Notes under the pieces: model-generated
The model's database searches: none
Told to the model about the DNA's origin: nothing
The model's input: the letters and a program-made list of their open reading frames with translations, nothing else
Shown here: one piece after another, positions 28,845 through 37,084 of the stretch
Numbering within the stretch: the stretch's first letter is position 1
Layout: each line of letters begins with the position of its first letter
Made by a program: the position numbers and the translations under genes
DNA from: Oligoflexia bacterium
Lineage (GTDB): Bacteria > Bdellovibrionota > UBA1018
Reading direction: 5' to 3'
Length of the DNA stretch: 64,000 nt
NCBI GenBank assembly: GCA_963758495.1
Contig: CAVWVI010000004.1
Location: 224,001-288,000, forward strand

Positions 28845-29777
28845 GTGGACAACATGGCCGCCTCGCAGACTCTCATTTTTTTCGCATCTATACTTTGTGG
28901 GATTTTTGGAGCGGTTTTGGGTTTGGGTGGAGGGATGTTCATCGTCCCTATCCTCACTCTATTTTTTGGGATCAATATAAAATATGCTATTGGTGCCAGT
29001 ATTATTTCAGTCATAGCGACATCATCGGGAGCAGCTGCGGGGCATCTCCAAGATCACTTTACAAATGTTCGTTTGGGAATTTTGCTCGCCGTCGCAGCTT
29101 CAATCGGGACATGGATGGGAGTGCAATTATCGTCATCCGTTGATACTCGCCATATTTTCCTCATTTTCTCGGTCATGCTATTTTTTTCGGCGCTATTGAT
29201 GTTGCAGCCCAAAAAAACCAAACTGGAAGCTCAAGCAACTCCGTCATCGATCGCTTCATTAGATTTTTTAGATCCTTTTGCAGATCCTTTAGCGAATAAA
29301 ATGCTGTTGAATTCTAGCTATTTTGACTCTCACTTAAACCAATTCATAAAATATTCTGTATCAAATGTTATTTTAGGATTAACGTTAATGATGGGGATTG
29401 GCGTGTTGACGGGGTTACTAGGGATTGGCTGTGGTGCTCTCCGAGTACCTGCGATGGATAGAGCGATGCGAGTTCCCATGAAGGTTTCTTCTGCCACTTC
29501 AAACTTTATAATTGGGATCACCTCTACGGTTGCTGCAGCAACACTCCTCATGAAAGGACAGATCTTGCCCAATTTAGTGGCTTCGGTAGCGCTTGGAGTT
29601 CTGATCGGATCTTGGGGTGGTGCAAAGCTACTTGTGCACGTGCCAAGCCAATGGATTCAAAAGGCATTTGTCTGGATTCTTCTGATTATGACAGTACAAA
29701 TGGGGTATAAAACCTGCAGCCTCTATAAAGAATGGAATACCAACCATGCGTCCATTAAACGAATTCCATCCCCTTGA
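28845..29777 (+). CDS. Sulfite exporter TauE/SafE family permease (copy 2)
   Basis: LGLGGGMFIVP.L, AIGASIISVIATS, LLGIG.G...PAMD and KVSSATSNF. Confidence 0.9.
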   Translation: MDNMAASQTLIFFASILCGIFGAVLGLGGGMFIVPILTLFFGINIKYAIGASIISVIATSSGAAAGHLQDHFTNVRLGILLAVAASIGTWMGVQLSSSVDTRHIFLIFSVMLFFSALLMLQPKKTKLEAQATPSSIASLDFLDPFADPLANKMLLNSSYFDSHLNQFIKYSVSNVILGLTLMMGIGVLTGLLGIGCGALRVPAMDRAMRVPMKVSSATSNFIIGITSTVAAATLLMKGQILPNLVASVALGVLIGSWGGAKLLVHVPSQWIQKAFVWILLIMTVQMGYKTCSLYKEWNTNHASIKRIPSP

Positions 29778-30042
29778 GCCTCATTTACCACGAATTCAAA
29801 GATATGGCGTTCTTCTCTGTTCTCTCCTATTAGGGCTTGGAATTCTAGGGACTTTTCCTTCCCACCCCAACAGCCTCACAATGGTGGGAATTGTCCTCCT
29901 CGTCCTGCTTCCTGTGATTCGAGCTGCTCTTTTACTGATAGTCTTTTTATTGAGACGAGATTTTTTGTACGCAGCTCTGACAACCATGATCTTTAGTATT
30001 CTTTTGGCTGGTGTCTTGTCTGCAAGATTTTTTGGAGCTTGA
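29746..30042 (+). CDS. DUF1634 family membrane protein (copy 2)
   Basis: GIVLLVLLPVIR....F...RD..Y pattern, overlaps TauE copy 2. Confidence 0.7.
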   Translation: MRPLNEFHPLEPHLPRIQRYGVLLCSLLLGLGILGTFPSHPNSLTMVGIVLLVLLPVIRAALLLIVFLLRRDFLYAALTTMIFSILLAGVLSARFFGA

Positions 30043-30061
30043 TTACATTCCTCTTTCTTTC

Positions 30062-33000
30062 TTAAGCAGTTTCGGTTTTTGCGCGATCTTTAGAGATGAG
30101 CCCATAGGCCGCTCTAAACAAACAGGGTACTATGTAAAAGTTAAGTAATGTCGACATGATTTGCCCACCGATCACAGCACGTCCGAGTGGGATATTCGCC
30201 TCGGAGCCCCTTCCCATTCCTAATGCCATAGGAAGCAGACCTAGAATGGATGCCAATGATGTCATCGCAATCGGCCGAAGCCTTGCTTTAGCTCCGTGCA
30301 AGATGGCAACATCGACTGGCTCATGCATAGATTTCTCCATGATGTACTCAATGAGAAGCACTCCGTGTGACACGGCTACACCAATGACGAAAATGGCCCC
30401 AATAGCAGCTTGGATGCTGAAGTAGGTGCCTGTTGCGGCAAGCATCATCAACACACCCACAAGTCCCATAGGAACGGTGGTCATGGTGATGGCGGGAAGT
30501 AGGAATGAGCGAAATTGTATACAAAGAACCAAGTAAACAAGGGCTGCCGCTAGTAAGAATCCACCCCCAAGAGATCCCACGGCTGATTTCATGGCTGAAA
30601 TTTCACCACGAATCTCACTCCAATAGCCGTTATCAAACTTGATGGAATGGATTATCTTGTCAATCTCTCCTGACAATCCTCCAATGTCACGACCTTCGGC
30701 ATCAAGAAAAATGTCTATGACTGGCTGAAGCTGGGTGTGATTCAGCTCGCTAGGACCGTTGTTGACCGGCTTGATAGTGGCTACACTTTTCAAGGGTACT
30801 CCTCTGTCCTGATTGACGGACTCGCTGTTGCCAGATTCGCTTCTAATGGGAATTTCTTCGAGCTCACTGATGGAATTGATCTTCTTTTCCGGGAACTGGA
30901 CGCCAAAAAAATAGTCAATTCCCGTTTTCGGATCGATCCAAATGTTGGGTTTGTAACTACTACTGTTCGAAACGGCACTGACGACATTCTTCACGACGTC
31001 TTCAGGAGTAACACCCAGATGCATCGCCTTCGACCTATCAATATTGAGCTGGATTTCAGGGTAATCAAATTTTTGCTGGATCCGGAGATCTACTGCTCCT
31101 GGCAGTTTTTTAATTTCTCTCTTAATTTGCTCGGCGTACCCAAGAGCCTTTTCGTAACTCGGGCCTCCCACTTGAATATCAATAGGAGAAACGAGACCTC
31201 CATTTAACGCGGAACTCAAGAGACCTCCCAGCTGAATTCCAAACTCAGCATCGGGATAAAGCTTCGGCAGCTTTTCACGAATTATTTTTGCATAGTACTG
31301 AGAAGTGTGCTCCCTGTCCTCATTCAAATCAATCAAGAGGAAAGCATCCTGCGAGCCCGCGTTAGGAGTATAGGCCGCTGGATAGCCATAGTAGACGCCA
31401 ATATTCGAAATGATCATCTTGAGATCTTTCGGCAAGATCCAGGTTCTTAAATTACGTTCCAAATCTTGAACAATGGTTTTTGTATTTTCGATCCGAGTCC
31501 CTGTCTTGACCCTGAAATTAAGCTGAAAATTACCAGCATCGGCTTTAGGAAAAAGCTCAGTTCCAATAAAAGGCGCAGAAAGTCCAGCTCCCAAAATCAG
31601 GAACAAGAACGTCACAGGCATGATCAAGTTTCGTCGCTGAATCGCCCACTGAAGTGTCCTACCATAACCCTCTGTGATTGCGTCAATTTTAAGTAGGATC
31701 CACTTGAGGACCCCCTTAGGCTCATCGGCCTCCTTCAAAAAGTGTGTCGTAAAAAGAGGGATCAACAGCATGGCTGCAAAATAAGAGGCGATCATGGTAG
31801 CAATCACTGCAATAGCAAGTGCTGAAAAAAGTGTCTTAACGATGCCGTTGAGAAAAACAATAGGAATAAAAACAATCAGAGTAGAAATTGTAGAGGCAAG
31901 AACGGGCATTGAAACTTCCGCTGCTCCCATAATGGATGCCTGACGGGGTGACATTTTGTGAAACGATATTTTGTGCATGATCACTTCAATCACCACAATA
32001 GCGTTATCGACCAGAACGCCGACGGAGAGTGCAAGACCACCCAGCGTCATCACATTCATGGATTGACCCGTTGCCAAAAACACAATACATGCTGCTAGCA
32101 TTGAAATGGGGAGCGATAGAGCCACTGCAAACATCGCTTTTCCGCTTCCCAAAAAGAGCAGACACATGAGTGCGGCAAGTCCTCCTCCAATGAGTGATTC
32201 GTCAGTAATGGTTTCAATAGCCTTCCGGATAAAGACTGACTGATCGCCCACGACCTTCAATTTGAAACCAGAAAGTGTGCTCTCCAAAGTCGTCATGGCT
32301 TTTTTGACACGGTCGACGACTTCAATCGAGTTTGCGCCAGGCTGTCTATAAACAGGCACATAAACCTGAGGCTTGCTATCAATAAGTACTGCATTGGTTT
32401 GGATAGCACCGTCCATTTTTGCATCGCCGACATCACCCAATTTGACAGCAACTCCGTTTTGCGCGCGCAGGGGATATTTATTCAGATCAGCAATCTGGTC
32501 CACCATTCCGTTGCTCACAATTTGGTAATCGAAATCACCCATTTTCACATCACCCGCAGGGATGAAAGTGTTCATCTTCTCAAGAGTTGAAATCACATGG
32601 ACAGGTGAGAAATTAAAATCCGTTAGCTTTTTCTGGTCCAGATAGGCAATGGCTGATTGAAGCTTGCCACCCATAATCACAGGTGCCATAGCCCCAGGAA
32701 CACTTTGGATCGAATTGGTGACCCAGTAACGGGCCAGGGTATTTAAGTCTGCTTCAGATTTTTCGTCGCCACCTACGGCAACAAGAGCCAAAGGAATAGC
32801 TGCCATGGGATCAAAAGGGAGAATGAGAGGTGGTTGAGTGCCAGGAGGAAGCTTCCGCATCACCGACATACTCATCGCGATCGTCTGCGAAATAGCGCTA
32901 CTGAGATCAATCGAGGGGTTAAAAAAATCCCGAACAATGCTGACTCCAAGAAGGGATCTCGATTCTTGTCGTTCGATTCCTACTGCCATGCCCGTGTAGC

Positions 33001-33274
33001 GTTCGAAAAGGTAGGTAAGATCTTGCTCAACATGCTCCACCGGCATCCCTGGATAGAATGTCACAACCTGCACAGCTGGCATATTTGCGGAAGGCAAGAG
33101 GTCTTTCGGTAGTTTAAAAAGGGAGACTACGCCCAGTAACGAGATTACGATAAAGATCACTAGGGTCATGTGCAGGTTATTGACTGCAAAAGCGCCCATT
33201 CCTTTTTCTTCAATAGGCTTTACATCTATTTCTGGTACTTTTGGTACTACTGACGGCGGATTATGTTGTTCCAT
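30062..33274 (-). CDS. RND efflux transporter permease (AcrB/CusA superfamily)
   Basis: About 1070 aa. NVMTLGGLALSVGVLVDNAIVVIE and RLRPIAMTSLASILGLLPMAL. ATG at 33274 after GAGGA. Confidence 0.93.
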   Translation of the reverse strand: MEQHNPPSVVPKVPEIDVKPIEEKGMGAFAVNNLHMTLVIFIVISLLGVVSLFKLPKDLLPSANMPAVQVVTFYPGMPVEHVEQDLTYLFERYTGMAVGIERQESRSLLGVSIVRDFFNPSIDLSSAISQTIAMSMSVMRKLPPGTQPPLILPFDPMAAIPLALVAVGGDEKSEADLNTLARYWVTNSIQSVPGAMAPVIMGGKLQSAIAYLDQKKLTDFNFSPVHVISTLEKMNTFIPAGDVKMGDFDYQIVSNGMVDQIADLNKYPLRAQNGVAVKLGDVGDAKMDGAIQTNAVLIDSKPQVYVPVYRQPGANSIEVVDRVKKAMTTLESTLSGFKLKVVGDQSVFIRKAIETITDESLIGGGLAALMCLLFLGSGKAMFAVALSLPISMLAACIVFLATGQSMNVMTLGGLALSVGVLVDNAIVVIEVIMHKISFHKMSPRQASIMGAAEVSMPVLASTISTLIVFIPIVFLNGIVKTLFSALAIAVIATMIASYFAAMLLIPLFTTHFLKEADEPKGVLKWILLKIDAITEGYGRTLQWAIQRRNLIMPVTFLFLILGAGLSAPFIGTELFPKADAGNFQLNFRVKTGTRIENTKTIVQDLERNLRTWILPKDLKMIISNIGVYYGYPAAYTPNAGSQDAFLLIDLNEDREHTSQYYAKIIREKLPKLYPDAEFGIQLGGLLSSALNGGLVSPIDIQVGGPSYEKALGYAEQIKREIKKLPGAVDLRIQQKFDYPEIQLNIDRSKAMHLGVTPEDVVKNVVSAVSNSSSYKPNIWIDPKTGIDYFFGVQFPEKKINSISELEEIPIRSESGNSESVNQDRGVPLKSVATIKPVNNGPSELNHTQLQPVIDIFLDAEGRDIGGLSGEIDKIIHSIKFDNGYWSEIRGEISAMKSAVGSLGGGFLLAAALVYLVLCIQFRSFLLPAITMTTVPMGLVGVLMMLAATGTYFSIQAAIGAIFVIGVAVSHGVLLIEYIMEKSMHEPVDVAILHGAKARLRPIAMTSLASILGLLPMALGMGRGSEANIPLGRAVIGGQIMSTLLNFYIVPCLFRAAYGLISKDRAKTETA

Positions 33275-33281
33275 AAAGTCC

Positions 33282-34649
33282 TCATTGAAGGGGTCGATTT
33301 TGAGATAAGTTGATCGTTTGATTCCATCGCCCATTGAGAAGTGCTTTTGCAGTGCTCTGGGTTGCGAAATCATAGAGAGCAACTTTTAAATCTCCAGACG
33401 TTCGGGCTAGATTTCGAATCGCTTCTCTTAGATCCACTAAATTTCCCTGCAAATCAGAGTAGCGCTTTTTTGCTAGTCGAAAACCTTTCTCAGCAACTTG
33501 CACTTCTTCCTTGATATGGGTCATCCGAAGTCGAGCTGATTCGATCGCACGGTCGTAGTTTAAGTTCGCTTCATCGATACCAAAGCGAGTGGCATCGGTA
33601 TTCTTTTCATTTTGAATCGTCCTCAATTCGTATTTTCGTACCTGAGAGACAGTCTTAAACCCTTCAAAAAGAGGTAAAATGACCGCGATCGCTGCCGAGT
33701 AATTCTGCATTGGAATTCCAAGTTCAGTATCGTTCATCCAACCGACACTCGCAAGTCCCACAATTTTTGGATTGAAGTCCTTTTGCGCAAGGCTCTTTTG
33801 AGTTTGAGAGACAGCCGTCTGTGCCTCTGCGAGAGATAAAAGTGGACTAACTGAAGCCAAAGAGTTTGACGGAGAATTTGCCAAAGAACCTGAAGGAGAA
33901 GCCGGTTTCAATTCTTGGATAGCTTGCTCCTCTAAGAGTGGGCACAACGGCTCTGTTCCTTTTTGTCCAATCAGATAAGCTAACCTTTGATTGGCGAGTT
34001 CAAAACGTTTTTTGTAATCTTCTGCTAAAGTCCTCGCCTCTTCGGTTTGTGAGATAGATAAGTATTTATCTACGATGGATCGTTGTCCCACTCGAACGAA
34101 ATTCTCTACTTCTTTTTGGACAAGTCCTGACTCCGATGCAATTCGGCCATAGACATCTGCCAAGCTTCGATCCCGTGAACAAAGAAAATAGGCCTCTTGG
34201 GCAACATGTCCAACTTTCAATGCAGAAACCAGCGTATCTTTCCTAAATAAATCAGTTTCCTTCTCTGCCAATCGAATTGAGTCCGAAGTTCTGCCGAAAT
34301 CCCAAACATTTTGTTCCAATACCAGGCCAGCGGTAGGCCCCTTATGGAACGGTGAAACCATAAGTCCCGCGACTCCAGTAGCGCCAGCCGATCCAGGAAA
34401 TCCTGTAGACGCTAAAGCCATAGCGTTAATTGTGGGATAATAAGAAGACTGTGCTATTTTTTCGTTCTGTTGCTGGGTCATCTCTGCATACTGACCCGCT
34501 TGCACAGTGGGCTGATACTCGACTGCCCGCTTAATCACTTGCTCTAACCGCAGCTCAGCAAAGGCAGCATGAGCCCCAATACACCCACTGTAGATAAAAA
34601 AGAAAAAAATCACCTTGAAATTTATCTTTAAATCTCTATTGCAAAACAT
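33282..34649 (-). CDS. TolC-family outer membrane efflux protein
   Basis: Signal peptide, two OEP repeats (YYP.I...WDFG and F.P.I...PLFEGF), directly upstream of RND. Confidence 0.85.
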   Translation of the reverse strand: MFCNRDLKINFKVIFFFFIYSGCIGAHAAFAELRLEQVIKRAVEYQPTVQAGQYAEMTQQQNEKIAQSSYYPTINAMALASTGFPGSAGATGVAGLMVSPFHKGPTAGLVLEQNVWDFGRTSDSIRLAEKETDLFRKDTLVSALKVGHVAQEAYFLCSRDRSLADVYGRIASESGLVQKEVENFVRVGQRSIVDKYLSISQTEEARTLAEDYKKRFELANQRLAYLIGQKGTEPLCPLLEEQAIQELKPASPSGSLANSPSNSLASVSPLLSLAEAQTAVSQTQKSLAQKDFNPKIVGLASVGWMNDTELGIPMQNYSAAIAVILPLFEGFKTVSQVRKYELRTIQNEKNTDATRFGIDEANLNYDRAIESARLRMTHIKEEVQVAEKGFRLAKKRYSDLQGNLVDLREAIRNLARTSGDLKVALYDFATQSTAKALLNGRWNQTINLSQNRPLQ

Positions 34650-34896
34650 CCTACCCCCCTACTTCCTCTTCTTTGATCAGATCCTGGCCTTTGCACTCTC
34701 TTTTACTTTAACAGAGTATTCTAACATGAAGATGAACTGAAGATTACATTTTCGTCATCTTCAATAATGATACAGTCATGGGTCATACTGAAAACATCTC
34801 CTCCTAGAGCTGGTCTGCATATTGCTTTCTGAGTCCTGAAATCGCCTTATCTAACAGGGTTCGCGACGCGGGCCATTATTTCATAGAGGAGATGAC

Positions 34897-35220
34897 ATGA
34901 AAATTACAGCACCCATGCTTACGACCATCTTAACGTGCCTCATCGTATCCACGCCGAGCCTGGCAGCCGATAAAAGTACCACTGCCAGCACAAAACCCGC
35001 CAAAATGTCCTGCGAGGATTTCATTGCGTTAGATGACGTGGTCAAACCAAAAGTGGTCTACTGGGCGGCGGGTGTGAATCGTAAAGGCAAGCCAGAAGAC
35101 GCGGTCGTCGATATCGAAAAAACTGATCGTCTTGTTCCGGTGCTGATCGAAGAATGCACGAAAACTCCCAAGCAGTCTTTCTGGAGCAAGGTCAAAGTAG
35201 AATTTAAGAAACTAACCTAA
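34897..35220 (+). CDS. hdeA: HdeA/HdeB-family acid-stress periplasmic chaperone
   Basis: Signal peptide, then KP.KMSCEDF.ALD....P.VV.WA.G.N.KGKPEDAVVD......P..IE.C...PK.SFW.KVK. Confidence 0.8.
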   Translation: MKITAPMLTTILTCLIVSTPSLAADKSTTASTKPAKMSCEDFIALDDVVKPKVVYWAAGVNRKGKPEDAVVDIEKTDRLVPVLIEECTKTPKQSFWSKVKVEFKKLT

Positions 35221-35287
35221 CAAGTCTACTGAAAAAACTGAAGGTCGCCTGAGGCGGCACTTCTCCCCTAATATCCATTGTCACCGG

Positions 35288-35977
35288 TTATCCCGCAAGA
35301 GCCTCAATTGCCGGATAAAGTAATAGCCCCTTCCAAAGTCGATAAGCAGTTTCCTGCGAGCAATTCACTAGCTTAGCAGCCTGATATGGGTTCCCAGCCA
35401 TCTTGCGCGCCATAACATATGCGATGTCTGCGCGAAAATTTGCCCCGATCAAGGCTCGAAATTTCAGCCACGAATTGTGAGCTAAGATATTTTCCAAAGC
35501 GAGAACCTTCTTCGGATCCGCTGGTCGAATTTCTTGCGTCTTGATCCCGAACTCAAGAAGCTCACGATCTACTCCATATTTTTCCATTAAAAATGGATCT
35601 GCGTGTTTAGCAAAATAACTACTCAATAATTGCTCTTTCAAAAGTTTATTCTTTGCCAGATCCACCAAAATAGAAAATCGCCGATCTCCTCTCTTCACCT
35701 GTTTGAGAGCTACAACCCCCAAAGCAATCAGTGTATCACCAGCCAGATCTCCCGCCAATACTCTGACTCGCTCCACGTGAATGAGGTCTCTTACTTTTTC
35801 CAGCCAAGTCAAAAGCATTTGGAACGCCTTTGGCTCTTCTTTTAATAAGCGAATGACGTCCAGAAGAGTGGCTTCTGGGTCTGCATCACTCACTGCATTG
35901 CCATAAAATGCGAATCCAAGTCCAACCAGCTTCGGCCTCAAGACATCGAATGTCAGTGTGTCTTTAGCCTTTCTCAT
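35288..35977 (-). CDS. Hypothetical protein with C-terminal HTH-like segment (partner of nucleotidyltransferase)
   Basis: Overlaps the upstream NTase gene. C-terminal PYQAAKLVNCSQETAYRLW. Confidence 0.65.
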   Translation of the reverse strand: MRKAKDTLTFDVLRPKLVGLGFAFYGNAVSDADPEATLLDVIRLLKEEPKAFQMLLTWLEKVRDLIHVERVRVLAGDLAGDTLIALGVVALKQVKRGDRRFSILVDLAKNKLLKEQLLSSYFAKHADPFLMEKYGVDRELLEFGIKTQEIRPADPKKVLALENILAHNSWLKFRALIGANFRADIAYVMARKMAGNPYQAAKLVNCSQETAYRLWKGLLLYPAIEALAG

Positions 35978-36512
35978 GATTTAACCTCTCGATTAGTTTC
36001 TTGAAGCACTTTTCAACACGAGCAGGCCAATATTCAGACCCGTCACGTACTAAAACCCAAGCCCTCAATAACTCAACTTCGGCAATAGATGGACGCATTT
36101 TTAAAATATCAGAGAGATCGTCCTCGTCGCGATCACAGTATGCAAAGAGCTTGGAAGCGAGTAAGTCTCGATTTGAAAGTGCGTGCATCTTCAATCGACG
36201 ACCTTCGTAAATACACTGAACTCGGGTCTCCCAACCGACTTCAAGATCACGCGACAAGGAGGCTGGTCCATTATTTAACCACTCTGGCTCAAGTCCGAAC
36301 TCCTTCCCTACCTCTGCCGCTACTTCTTTAAGCACCAGATCCAGTTCAGGAGCAATTACGTCTATATCTCGAGTTTGTCGATCGATGATATCTAGAATGA
36401 GGAGCGCACCACCGCCGCAGACGATGAGCTCGCGAGATTCTCCCCTTGCGTGCAGCTTTGCATCCAGACTTTCTAAAATTGGCCGAAGAAGTTTAGGCCC
36501 TAGCTTTTCCAT
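35964..36512 (-). CDS. Nucleotidyltransferase (DUF6036/AbiEii-like)
   Basis: LIVCGGGAL......R.T.DID, WLN, and L.ASKL.A..RD..D..D motifs. Confidence 0.8.
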   Translation of the reverse strand: MEKLGPKLLRPILESLDAKLHARGESRELIVCGGGALLILDIIDRQTRDIDVIAPELDLVLKEVAAEVGKEFGLEPEWLNNGPASLSRDLEVGWETRVQCIYEGRRLKMHALSNRDLLASKLFAYCDRDEDDLSDILKMRPSIAEVELLRAWVLVRDGSEYWPARVEKCFKKLIERLNHEKG

Positions 36513-36522
36513 ACTACTAAGT

Positions 36523-36545
36523 ATAATCCAGCACACTTGGATTAT
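36523..36545. promoter_or_regulatory. Palindrome directly upstream of the NTase operon
   Basis: ATAATCCA-N7-TGGATTAT. Confidence 0.5.
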
Positions 36546-36576
36546 CCATAATAAAAGCGCGGCCCCAGAAGTCCAT

Positions 36577-36843
36577 CTAAGTTATTGATATTACATAACT
36601 GACGCTCGATCCTGCGTCTAATTCAGATTGACTAAACATGGACGCCACGTCCACTTTAAGATTGAAGATATCACTTAGACTCAAATCACCGATCTTTTCT
36701 TCTTCGCTGGACTGTTTTAAAACATGGTCCTCAACTTTACTGTCTGTTTTTTCTTCAGCAAAAAGATCATAGCTTTGAAAACCCAAACTCAATACACTTC
36801 CAATAAAATTTAGAACAAATAACCCAATAACTTTTTGTCGCAT
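36577..36843 (-). pseudogene. Truncated TonB-dependent receptor N-terminus
   Basis: Signal peptide, then LSLSDIFNLKVDVASMFSQSELDAGSSVSYV, resembling the LSLEELM..V..AS...Q....A..SV.VI start of TBDR plug domains. Stops after 88 aa. Confidence 0.6.
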
Positions 36844-37084
36844 AGCCGCACCCCATTTTGTAATTGTATTAGATTGAATTACAATTTTTTATATTTTAAA
36901 TAAAATATTCAAAATTTTATTTATTATTAAAGAATATAAAAGTACAGAGAACCATCTGAAGACTAGAATTCACTTGGATTGGAGGTGTTCTTTTTCCCAA
37001 ATTGCCGCTTTAAGTACTCTAGGTTAAGACATTTTTATTTATATCTTGATGTCCATGGTTTTCTTGCCTATGATCGGCGGCATT

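Noticed and set aside
36844..36860. Weak resemblance to the tRNA-fMet 3' end as the island's right att site
   Set aside because: The match is too short and gapped to support.
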